A model generated the notes under the pieces. That model was given only the letters and a program-made list of their open reading frames with translations. It was not told the DNA's origin and made no database searches. 64,000 nt of DNA from contig OZ249441.1 in assembly GCA_965235115.1 (NCBI GenBank), positions 31,310,001-31,374,000 on the forward strand, given 5' to 3'. Positions 1-11,535 of this stretch are shown here, in pieces; the first letter of the stretch is position 1; every line of letters starts with the position of its first letter. The stretch is from Laetmonice hystrix. Lineage: Eukaryota. A program made the position numbers and the translations under genes.

Positions 1-504
1 AATTATTTCCAAATGTGATTCAGCCAATGTAATATCATTCTAGTGTAGAGTCGTTGATTCATTTGATAATGTGTTTCGTGTTTTAAAAAGACAAGTTTGT
101 TGCCGATTTTAAAGGTCTAGGATAATGTCAAGTTCGTGCTTGGCCCATCAAATCGATGATTGTTTCTACCTTGCCGGAGCTCGGCAGTAGACTGAAGGAA
201 CGCATCCGTACTGTGGGCGGGTGTCTGGTTTGGTGTAGGCTTCAATCAACACAGCGTTTGTGGAGAAAAGATGAAAGTCTGACGTTCATGTGGCAATCCT
301 TCCAAAATACCTACCAGAGAGACACCATTCAAGTACGACTCATTCCATCAAGAACACTCTTCACGCTTTCCGCTTCCCTTTCCTCACTTTTAGGTCTGCA
401 ATATTATCCCCATCTTCACTCCTACATTCAGCTTGATATCCTTTCTCAGATAACACGCTCCGTTCACCTAGTGAAAATTTCAGTACTTCTTAACGAAACA
501 TTGT

Positions 505-626
505 GTGCTTTGTCAAAGTACAAGGTGCTTTGTCAAAGTACAAGGTGCTTCGTCAAAGTATACAAGGTGCTTTGTCAACGTACAAGGTGCTTTGTCAAAG
601 TACAAGGTGCTTTGTCCCAGTATAAG
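505..626. repeat. 20-bp minisatellite, about 6 copies (GTGCTTTGTCAAAGTACAAG)
   Basis: Units start at 505, 525, 545 (with a 2-nt insertion), 567, 587 and 607; the last is degenerate. Confidence 0.95.
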
Positions 627-2220
627 AGTAATAGCTTAGCAGGCGTGCACTCACGATCTGTGCTCCATTCTATATGTAACACACTTGGTCAACAGCTACC
701 TCTCCAATATTACATGTCTAACAACCTACCAGAACATATGAACGAGACAAGATGGAATCGAAAGATAATTTTCTATTTACAAGTTTAAAAAGCATAAATA
801 TCATACTTATTATTTTATTAATAGATGAATTCGGTGGTAGCACAACTGTGACCATTATTGTGTGCCGATAGCAACTGGTGTTTTAGTACCTGTCACAGTC
901 CTGACACTAGGTAAGCGACGTTAAGTTCCTATCGACGCGGCCCATCGATCCATTTCACGGCATGAACAAGAGAAATACTAATGCGGAACTGTCTTCTATT
1001 CCAATTTATTTTGAAATCGCCTCACGTTGAAAAACGACTGTTGACGCATCTATACCGACACTCAACATAGCGTATTAATTTACAAGCAAGAAATCCGTTT
1101 AAAAGATGCAAATTAACATTATCATTTACGTGCAGGGTTGATTATAATTACGCCACCGAATTCAGTCTTTCATGTTAGAAACTCTAGATCTCAATCAGTG
1201 TTTATCAAATCTCCACTCTGTATCACCGACCGAGTACTACGACCTCAGTCCTCTCCCTGCGTCAGTCCAACTCGGGAAACTTTGGTTTCAATCTTCATTT
1301 TTAACCATCCAGAAATTATTTGACCATACATGTAGTCGCCAACCTGATGCTAATCTATTCAAACGAAGCTTGTGTTAGTGTTTTGGTTCAAATGAAGTAT
1401 TGGCCATAATAAAGACCAGTACTGGTAGTTGACTAGGAACCTATTTCCATATAAATTGTTACTGTCAACATAAAAAAATGCTTGAACCATCAACTAGGCT
1501 ACTTCAGTCAGCAATTAGAGCTGGTAACATTACAATTTCTTATTTGTAGGTTCCACCTAAAAAGCCCAGGAGAACTACAGTCGACGTTGGAAAGCGATAT
1601 ATCATACCAATTCGATTTTCCATGCTTACAGGACCACCATAAGAAAATCTCCTCAGTGAGTCAGTGATGCGGGTCTTACAGCAAGTTTATTCTGTAAGTG
1701 GGGACTCTCCCGCTCGACTAAAATATCCCTTCTCAAGTGTTCTTAATGGGAATGTCTACAGAGACGGTTGGGAAACTACCGCCTGAATGATGAAAGTATA
1801 TATGAATGTACTCCCCTGTCATTCCAATAAACTAAATGTAATCCTCCCACACCAATCCCGTCTCAAGTCAGCAGCAGCTAGCCCACAGAGTACCTATATA
1901 TCTATTCTGTGGCTAGCCTATCTAAGTTACCAGAATAAGATGAGGCCCTTCACGCTGGCTCGCTACCACTTTCATCTTGTTAAATGCGCCCGCTTCAGCA
2001 ACATTTACATCACATCAGCGAGAGACACATTCACACACTCAGATCTGACGCCTGCATCAACTCTAAGATCGTAGGCTTGGCGTGGATTAAAGGTCAGCTA
2101 TGGTCTGCCTGATGTTACATAGACTAAAGTTACAAGGATGGCTCCATCAGAACGTGGATATCAAACACCTTTATTACCGCTACCACCGATACGAGGAGGA
2201 GGTTGTACTATGTACGGTAA

Positions 2221-2640
2221 GTTACCGTGTTATACTTGACTGTGCGCGGTGAGTCACCATGTTATACTGGACTGTGCGCGGTGAGCTACCATGTTATACT
2301 GGACTGTGCGCGGTGAGTTACCATGTTATACTGGACTGTGCGCGGTGAGTCACCATGTTATACTGGACTGTGCGCGGTGAGTTATCATGTTATACTGGAC
2401 TGTGCGCGGGGAGTTACCATGTTATACTGGACTGTGCGCGGTGAGTTGCCATGTTATACTGGACCGTGCGCGGTGAGCTACCATGTTATACTGGACTGTG
2501 CGCGGTGAGTTGCCATGTTTTACTGGACTGTGCGCGGTGAGTTACCATGTTATACTGGACTGTGCGCGGTGAGTTACCATGTTATACTGGACTGTGCGCG
2601 GCGAGTTACCGTGTTATACTGGACTGTGCGCGGTGAGTCA
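2221..2640. repeat. 32-bp tandem array A, 13 copies (ATGTTATACTGGACTGTGCGCGGTGAGTTACC)
   Basis: Exact 32-nt period with unit starts from 2227 to 2611; head-to-tail, no spacers. Confidence 0.98.
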
Positions 2641-2651
2641 CTATACAAATA

Positions 2652-2778
2652 TTGGATGGCGGCGAGTCCACTATACAGTTTACGGGACGAAGAAAAGCGA
2701 TAATGGACGAGGCGAAGCCGAGTCCATTATCGCTTTTCAGAGTCCCGTAAACTGTATAGTAGACGAGCTGCCATCCAA
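2652..2778 (+). other. Long imperfect hairpin with three tandem G.A mismatches and a GCGAAGC tip
   Basis: Position i pairs with 5430-i. Tandem GA/GA at 2664-65/2765-66, 2689-90/2740-41 and 2709-10/2720-21; GAA triloop at 2714-2716; weak outer extension to 2642-2789. Confidence 0.95.
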
Positions 2779-2982
2779 CACTTGCTATATTATACACCTA
2801 TAGAGGTCTATATAGGGCCTAAGTAAAATATTGATAATCCCATATAAATAAAGTCGAGAACACCCGCTTATGAAAATTATGTAGGTTAAACTTTAATGAA
2901 CACATTTTCTGTAACCATGGTCAATGTGACAATTGGACACATTAACTTTAGAACCCCATTAACTAGTTACTATAGTTAAATT

Positions 2983-3017
2983 CATCTTATCTTATCCATC
3001 TTATCATCTTATCATCT
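2983..3017. repeat. Degenerate (ATCTT/ATC)n microsatellite
   Basis: CATCTTATCTTATCCATCTTATCATCTTATCATCT. Confidence 0.7.
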
Positions 3018-3203
3018 AGAATTAGCCTGGGCAGCCGGGCAGGACTGCTCTTATCATTTAGATCTACTTTGACGTCGTCTCTATGGTTTCCAGAGCGAAC
3101 CGTCCAATATCATATTTTACCATCCAATATCAAAATTTTCGGGACGGTCACGTGGTACAAATGGACCAATCAGATTGCTTAGCTGGGCCAGGTGTATAAT
3201 ATT

Positions 3204-3478
3204 ATGTTATACTGGACTGTGCGCGGTGAGTCACCATGTTATACTGGACTGTGCGCGCTGAGTTTCCATGTTATACTGGACTGTGCGCGGTGAGTTACCA
3301 TGTTATACTGGACTGTGTGCGGCGAGTTACCGTGTTATACTGGACTGTGCGCGGCGAGTTACCATGTTATACTGGACTGTGCGCGGTGAGTTACCATGTT
3401 ATACTGGACTGTGCGCGGTGAGTTACCATGTTATACTGGACTGTGTGTGGTGAGTTACCATGTTATACTGGACTGTGT
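3204..3478. repeat. 32-bp tandem array B (same unit and orientation as array A), 8 full copies plus a partial
   Basis: Unit starts from 3204 to 3460 with a 32-nt period. Confidence 0.98.
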
Positions 3479-4561
3479 ACCGTATTAACGGTGGCGGCGA
3501 GCTCGATGTCAAACAAGCTGGACATACAGGAATTAATCGCTCAATATTGCCCTTGCTCGAGGTTGGAATGATGTCCCGTCCAACAAGTCTTGTAATGGCC
3601 GCCGCCAAACACTGGGTATCAAACACTGCGAGTAAACACGATTCAACCCCAGAGATTTACCAGTATTATATCACTTTCACTCCGGTCCAATGTCTGAAAA
3701 TGAATTTAATAACATGGATATAACATCTATATAGAGACTAACTCGCATTCATACTAACACAGGTTATATCAATTCACTATCAGATATCGTCCAGACCTGG
3801 GGTCGTACATATTCATTTATTCAGAATTTGGCCTGTGATGTGATGCTGCCAACATCGCCTACCGGAGATGCACCTTTAGCTCTGTCCGCCTCCAGTACCT
3901 TTTCTTTGACCGACAACCATTTTAGCTGCTTGGGACTGGCTGATACGTCACAGGTTGGCCTTCTCATTGACATGCGTGTCCATGGCAGACAGCTCATATT
4001 TGCCTTGAGACAAATCGTCAGATAAACCTGCTCATGTTGTCAAAGGATACTGACGATTGATAGCCCTCCTCACCAACCCCTGGCCTGACCAGAATAATTA
4101 GCTTAATAACGTCCGTCACTGACGTTTGCCGTCTCTTGTTGGGGTTCAAAGTACGACATGTTGGCATGCTGTCTACGGAGGTTACTGCCATTGCTGTTCC
4201 AGTCGTAGTGATCTAGCACCTGGAGGCATGGTGTTCGGACAGCAAGCCACTGCACTCTTCTATTTGCCCGCCATTTCCCTTTGCACTTAAATACGATGAA
4301 TAAACCATCAGACCCCGATGGCCACACGCGTGCAAGCCGGTAAACTTGATAATGTCGCCATTTCATGGTGCTCTGCATGACAGGCCACTTACACTGACGA
4401 CCGTCTCAGTTTTTTCCCCTCGTGACGGCAGTGGCCACACTGCCCCCAGTGTTGTCAACTAACTGCTGCCAAGATTCAGCCCTGATTGGTCCAATATGGG
4501 CCTCGGCTGGCCAAAGGCCTCTGTAACCTCACCGTTTCAGTCAATTGCTCGAGGTCAATTT

Positions 4562-4848
4562 GAGTGATTTACCTGTGACATACGCTCTGTAGCGGCGTGG
4601 TGGTGGTACAAGATATCCCAAATAAAGGTTTGTATAATTACATCGCTGAGGTAGGTTTCACGTTGTGATATTTTGCAGGACCGTTTCTTCCTTCACGATT
4701 TCCATATTTCTGTAAGCATGGTTACACCGAGCTTACAGAAGATTGTTTTGTTATTCCAATACAACATTATACAGTGTTGACGGGGGATCGACACAATATC
4801 GGCTGTTCCTCCTCCCCCGCATTAGAGTGATTTACCTGTGACATACGC
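4562..4848. repeat. Perfect 24-bp direct repeat flanking a 239-bp insert (possible target-site duplication)
   Basis: GAGTGATTTACCTGTGACATACGC at 4562-4585 and 4825-4848; the insert carries a 10-bp inverted repeat at 4708-4717/4731-4740. Confidence 0.85.
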
Positions 4849-5699
4849 CATCAATGGCCCAGCTCACATGACAAATGAATCTTTGTCATAACAACTCCTC
4901 ATAATAATATCACTACATTACGTGCCCCCTTCCCCATGTAACCTTCACGTCCGTCACGCCCAGGCACTGCCTCTGATCCCTGTACTTTGCCGCAGAATAA
5001 ACTCCAATCTCAGCATGATATAATTAGCCTCAGTGTTATCAAGGTACAACCCCCTGATTAGTTTAGCGTGTCAGCTGGTCACATCCCAGGTGGGCCGTAG
5101 CTGCCAATGATGCCCTGCCCGGCGGCACATGTCCCCAAGATGGGGGGGGGGGGGGGGGCTAGCCTGCAGGATGACAGTCTGTGAGGAGTCAATGAGAATC
5201 CATTGGGCGCTGTGCCATCGATTCCCCAAGGTTGGTAGGAAGGGAGGCAGCAGCACCAAAACCCGGGTACTCCACCATTCAATGTCTCGACGATCGGGCG
5301 GCCAACAGTAGCGCGGTTACTCTCCGATAACCCCACGCCACCCACCCACCCTACCGCCATATAATCCCGGCCCTCGGCGGCTGGCCGTGACGAGTCGTCA
5401 CCAGCCTTAACACCTTCCTCCCAGTCTATAATTGTGGCCGTGTTTTTAGTTCACTTCTTTCGGTTCCATCAAATATGAGACAATATCGTTTAATCTGATT
5501 TTCTGTCGGGAGACGTGATTGATGGCTAGAAGCCGGCCTGGTCACTTGTGCGCCAGTGACAGACTGCCGTGGGCGTCCGAGAAGTTGTTAGGTTTCTACA
5601 GAAATCAGGAGATCTGCAATTGACACTAAGCTCGAGTAAGTAGGTTATCTGTTATCCTTCTGGCAAGTTTGTACATAAACGTTGATGGCTACCAGTGTC

Positions 5700-8600
5700 T
5701 GTGACCTTCACAACAGGAGTTGTGCGAAATTCCCATCCATTCCGTGAGGCCCGTACGAAGCTGGAAGGGTGAAGGCGTATTAAGAACATCTGAAAACAGC
5801 GACTACAAATGTCATCTCTTCAATTACGGAGAAAATTTGAACGACAGATTGCGAACTCTAGTGTTTGGGCATTAATTAAAGACGCAGTAAGAGATGTCAA
5901 ACTTTAGAGGCAGTAATGGAGGCAAACAATCATGGAAACCGTGGCAGTTGACTGATACGAGATCATTGAAATGCTTCCATGGCAGATATATCTCAAACAT
6001 AAGCAGAAGAAAATGTTTACTTATAGCTTACTTGATTGAAGAGTATCTCTTTTATTGACATTATATTCACCTGTCTCTCATTCTGGTGGCGCAAGGTCAT
6101 TTTCGTAACTCAAGATATTACGGTTATTTTTAAACCTTCTGTCAGAAAGTCGGACAGCCTACTTCAACTGGCTCTCTCCATCAAATGGGCCGCCAACATT
6201 ACCGTAGAAGGAGGGAGGAATCCTATAAATCAATCCATGTCCGCTATAATATCTGGGTTAAGTAAACGCAAAAGGTCATTGAGGCTTCTTTAAATCGTCT
6301 ACTCAGGCGTTCAATGGAGAGGAAATGAAGCCCAATACAGCTCGGTGAGCACGACGTCACATTGACTATAGTTCACTGGTAACCATAATGGTATAGCAAT
6401 GATACGAGAGTATTGGTGAGCCCAATACATCTCGGTGAGCACGACGCCACATTGACTATAGTTCACCGGTAACCATAATGGTATAGCAATGAGCTGATAC
6501 GAGAGTAAACACTCTCTCGGGACTGAGTTTTTGAAAGTCTCGAAGCAAATTCTGCCGGCGGCAGGGTACTTTTTCTACTCTTTAATCCAAATATAGCTGA
6601 GGGTTGTAGAGACCCATTGTGAAGCCAGCCCCAACCCTCCACCTGCAGACCGTTGGTGAATGGTCAAGTTCCTGTGAGGACCGTCCGTCTATCAGGAGCC
6701 ATCTAAGGCAGCTCAAACTGAGGAAGGCCTTTATCCCATTGGCAGGTCATTAAACCTGCTGGGTAGCTATGCTGAATCAGGCGTGATGGCGTACATGTTA
6801 ACTACCCACCATTTCCGATCCATTTAATGTCAATTGTAATCTTGTGTCAATGCTTCACTGCTAAGACCCACACTGGTTCTGCTCCAGAGGAGAGTCACTC
6901 TTTTACTAAGGTTGAATAGTGTTGAATATACAATGTAAACCACTACAGGAAATCTAGGTCTATACAGCATGGCAACTACCAATCTCCATGTTTCGCATCC
7001 CTAATGGAACAGGGATAGTGTATGAGCCTTCAAGTCGTCCCTATCTTCCAACTTCTTCACACAGTCTCTTAAATCACAAGTACCTGACCAAGTTATTTAT
7101 TTAGAACCATAAATAAAACTAATCACAAGAAAGATAATAAACTAAGATGAATGTCATCTCATATTTAAAAAAATAAGACCAGGGTTCAGCCTACTCGTTC
7201 CGCCCTCGTAGTAGTTATTTATATCCAGTGGTGGGGAATGACCACTAGATCCAGGACCTCATTAGGATCGGGAACAAACCACGTCTCGCCCACCACCGAA
7301 TCAAAGAGCAAGCCGCAGCTTAATTGCACCACAAGTCTAGGTACCACAAGGGGCCGGCCTATAATATTCATAGAGATACCAAGAGCGTGATGGATCGCCG
7401 TGACATTTTTAAATCTATTTTGTTAAACCAAATAGACCAAACGCCGTTGGAATTACACCCTTGGGAAATGATTCAAATACACTCAACTGGAGAGATAATT
7501 CCGGTCCCCACATATGTAGGCTCAGATCATACAAACCACTTTCACGCCATTTACTAACACAGAAAATTCTCGTCTAATCATGGGCCACTCTGTGGCGGAT
7601 GGACTACGTTGCTGAAGGCAATTTGTGAAAAGGCCGTGGTCCAATTGACGGAGTGGGAGTTGAGGGGGTGCTAAACCTACCGGTATTATGAATGTAAGGT
7701 GTGTCCTTGGCCTGTGTGCCCATTGGCGCCGCCAATAGAAGGTTCAGGAGAAGCAATGCAATCCTCACAGGTTTGGAAGCCAAGATGAGCTCTAACACAA
7801 ACATACTAGCAATAACTCCGTGCCCAGGTGGTAGCCGGGCTCGAGATGTCGGGGAACAGGCCCGTAATCTTCTCTCTCTCTTCTCATCACGGTATATCCC
7901 AAGGTCAGCGTGGACGGAGGTCATATTTGTACTCATGTCTCTCACTATCCTCGCCACAGAGCTGATAAAGAAGACCTTACCTCCTCAGTTCTCTATAATA
8001 ACCTACTTCAAAAATCGCCAACATAATGGAACAGAAACACTTCAACATTGTTTGGGAATATGGAGTTACCTCAACATGGGTAGGAGCATTTGGTTTGCAG
8101 AACGTCCCTGCACTCAATTAAGTACAAGCCTTGCCCGGCATAGCAGTGGTGAAATGGTACTGCCCGTGGGATGACTGATTTTATGCTTTATCTGTTCTGT
8201 ATTATCTCGTCCTCTTGTTGCCAAGTATGCCGGGTCGTCCGCCCAGAGCTCATCCCTTTATAAGTTTTACACAGCAAATAAACTTCTCCCGTCCTCAAGT
8301 GTGGCAAATCAGCTGTCTGTTCAAAAGGTGACACACTATGGAACGCCCATCATCTTCTCAAGCGCTCTGATCGCTTGTAATTTTCAGATTCTTTGTGCAA
8401 ACGGACAATAGTATCCAGTGGGCGCGACTGATTACATCGAAACCAACGATTGGAGCGGGTCGTCCAGGCCTCGTCCCTCGTCATGTACCGTGTATCTGGG
8501 CAGCCAATTCATCATATAGAACGGGCTACCTCAAGTGGAAACTCTCTGAAATCAGCGCCAGGCTTTGCTGTGTTCACTGAACAGCACCATTTCTCGGATC

Positions 8601-9900
8601 TGATACACTCGCATGTCGATAAATCCTCAAGTCAATGGGACATGCAGTCCACCATAAGTAGATACGTATTGATTGGAGGCTGAAGACATGTTCACGGTCA
8701 GTCTTTGAGTTGCTGTTGGCTGGTCATGTCCATGTTATCGTGTCTAGGTTCTCGTGTTGGTGCAGGTTATCAGCGAGTCGGCGCCCATCCAACTACTACC
8801 ATCCAACTACTGCGGCCGCAACCCGCACCACGTGGCTTCTTATCGACCTTCGTCAACTCTCTCAGATTATAGTCTCCTGGGCGGCGATCTCGTACCTCGG
8901 GCCACATAAAGCATGGCTTCTTGTTACACAGCCAATATGCTATTCAATTCATAGCGTAGATGTTTTTATATCTGTACTGCGTTTGTTTCTATATATAAGA
9001 GCTGACCCTGACAAATGACGTTTGTCCTCTGTCTTAGCAAGTGTTCCGATGTGAACATAGCATCTCAGCCCTGCAAAACTGCTCCTTGAATTTCCCTGTT
9101 ATCTCACCATGCTCCGCGCGGTTTGCAGAAGTAAACTGAATGGCATCATAGTGACTCTGTGGTGGTCACTGACGTACAATACCTGAGGCCAGACCAGAGG
9201 CTGCACACAAAGTGGGCGTGATGAGACAGGTACCCACAGCCGCCAGTCGCAGGAGATAGTTCTCTCTGGAGGTTAGCCCGCCTTTCGGTAGTTCTTGCCG
9301 ATATTTGGTCTCAGCTAGGTTGAGGAATTGTACTGAGAGTCTGGGCTGACGTTCCTGGGAGCTGTTCGCGGCAGTGTGTGATGCTTTCACTGGACCACAC
9401 CAGGCACCTCTCGGTTCCAGGCTGGCGCTGTGTCAGCCAAACTTAGCAATGCTCGAGACTCTTGGAGCTGGGGTTGCCGCTCCGACCGGCAGAGACAATG
9501 TGCACCGTGCCACTCAGCATACATCCCGGCTGAACACACGTGGGTGTGAATGTCATTAAAATATTACAAGTGGCTCGAACAGTGCACGTGAGAGCGGCTT
9601 GTGGCGAGCTTCACTTGGTCGAACGAAGTGCCATTCAAAATTGGCGGAGAGCCTGCACCTGGGGTTGGGTGTGAGCCTGCCTTCATTCTTACCCTCAGTG
9701 TGAGCACTGGTGCTATTAAAGCCGTTGGTGTTGCTTCTCTGGAGTGCACTGTAGCACAGATCTCAGATGGAAAGGCAGTGCCGCTGACACTCCGCCAGAA
9801 CCAGTGGCTCCACACAAACCTGATGCCAAACACCCAGTTCATCGAGCGGCATTCAGCATCCCCTACAGTCGTCACACCTGGCTAATCTGGCAGCAGCCCA
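5700..9900 (-). mobile_element. Decayed Tx1/L1-clade LINE ORF2 (endonuclease, reverse transcriptase, C-terminal region); boundaries approximate
   Basis: Minus-strand motifs in the expected order: SRENYLL and SDHHRV (about 9153-9170, APE end), RT-like blocks at 7550-8000, a frameshifted YADD-like site near 7149-7163, GGGLGL at 6627-6643, PSFY near 6200. Many stops and frameshifts. Confidence 0.55.
6330..6507. repeat. Tandem duplication of about 90 bp (2 copies)
   Basis: GCCCAATACA...GATACGAGAGTA starts at 6330 and 6420; a few substitutions and a 5-nt indel. Confidence 0.95.
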
Positions 9901-10486
9901 ATAGTTACAATTATAACTCTGACAAAATCTAACCTTTCCTTTCCCTATTATTGTTAGCCTCCCCTTTAAATAGTTCCATACCGCACTGGTCGACTTGTTC
10001 TGTTGCAGGGGGCGGGGTGGGATGGAACATGCTTCTACTGGATGGTTACTCCATGAAGAGCTGACCCAGGGGCTGTACTAATGGACAGAACTTGTCCAAT
10101 ACTCCAGCAGACCTGTCTGACTGCCAAGGTCACTCACTGTGACCGTGTAAAACCCTCTACCGACACATAGATTATAGCGTCCCCATCATGGCGTCGTCCA
10201 CACCACCCTCAACCAAACACATACAGTCATCGATCAGTGACAGTAAAATTGATAAATAGGGTTCCTCCTGCTTGCTGATCACAAGGTAACTGCACATTAC
10301 AGGCTTATCCTCAATCTGCCTTGCCGGGTCTGGCAGACGTTTCTATCTGATGACTCCAAAGTAAAACCTAATTGATGTATTGTGAACCCCTCACTGCACC
10401 CACACCCTTTCCTTCCCTCAACCTCGTTCTAATCTCTAGACCGCGGGAAATACATTGAGGGATAAAGACCCTGAAGTCTAACTTCT

Positions 10487-10505
10487 GTGGCACCAGGGGG
10501 CGCTG
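10487..10505 (+). promoter_or_regulatory. CTCF-like motif
   Basis: TGGCACCAGGGGGCGCTG closely matches the CTCF core consensus; binding not shown. Confidence 0.5.
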
Positions 10506-11492
10506 CAAGATCTGCACGTTTCCTTGTGTCAGCAGCTGAGTTGTAAATCCCGTTAACTAGCTGCAACGATCAATGCGATCGCTAGCATGGTTGGAAGGAT
10601 TTGGACGGATCCAACCAGGCAGAGCCTGACCTCTAGAGACATGAAGTATGGTTGTCGACATTGGACATCCCACTAGTTTTCGGATTCTGGACTGATCTAG
10701 CTTGACACAAATAAATTTAATACCCGTTAACGTAAATATGGACAGAAGCTAACCCTGGGCTCGGGTGGGTTGTACGGTCCAGGAGATCCTACTACAATAA
10801 CATGTATATTAAACTTCACTCTTTGCGTCTCTCTACTGTTGAATGTGAAATACAAGCGAGTGTATGAGAGATCAGATGTTGCATATTATAATGTTATATC
10901 TGACAGATATATGTCTCTCAGAAACCAACTTCTCAATATGGAACCTCTACAGTCTACAGTATCAATATTGTATTAGGCCAGCAGTGTCCGCTCAAGAACT
11001 ATTGCCAAGGCCACCTGCTGGGTTCCCAAAAGGAAACCTGGTGGAGAAATGAATTTACCTAACTCCACTCTCGAGAGCATTGTAATTTGATAACGCATTT
11101 CATGATGAAAAGTACCTGTCATGTAACAGAATGGGAAGTTATATAAAGTAAAAATTAAATAAAAAGGCCAATTTGGAGAATTGTACGGTCAAAACCACCT
11201 GCGACATTGTTAATTTTCATGACCTGAGTTACAAAGAAACCCCTGAGAGAAAATTAAAGCGTTTCATACGTTAATTTCTTTAACTGGTTTGCGATTCAAT
11301 GTAAACATGAAATCCTATTGAAATAAAGTTCCACCAAAGCAGTCGGGAAGGGGGCAGTAATTTATTATATTTTGGGAGATTCGAGAATCGAGAACTATAA
11401 TTACGCTGTAAACCAGCTGGTGTAAAGCTACAGCATGGGAGGTCTGGGATCACCCGACGACTGTGCCACCATTCATTACTGCCATGTCCTAA

Positions 11493-11535
11493 ACGGTAGA
11501 CGAGACTCCGTCACACGGTAGACGAGACTCCGTCA
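11493..11535. repeat. 22-bp tandem duplication
   Basis: ACGGTAGACGAGACTCCGTCA occurs twice, at 11493 and 11515. Confidence 0.95.

Noticed and set aside
156-788. 210-aa ORF, the longest in the track
   Set aside because: It is extended by the 20-bp minisatellite, has no recognisable domain and has low-information composition.
2221-3478. CRISPR interpretation of the 32-bp arrays
   Set aside because: Units are head-to-tail with no unique spacers, there are no cas genes, and the context is eukaryotic.
2323-3723. ORFs with repeated MLYWTVRGE peptides
   Set aside because: They are translations of the 32-bp repeat; the unit length is not a multiple of 3.
4250-4380. Minus-strand GLHACG motif (methyltransferase-like)
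   Set aside because: It is an isolated 6-mer in a short stop-bounded frame, with no flanking domain similarity or splice signals.
5142-5158. Long G/C homopolymers (also near 23.54, 25.14 and 46.52 kb)
   Set aside because: Common in invertebrate assemblies and of uncertain length; no evidence of function.
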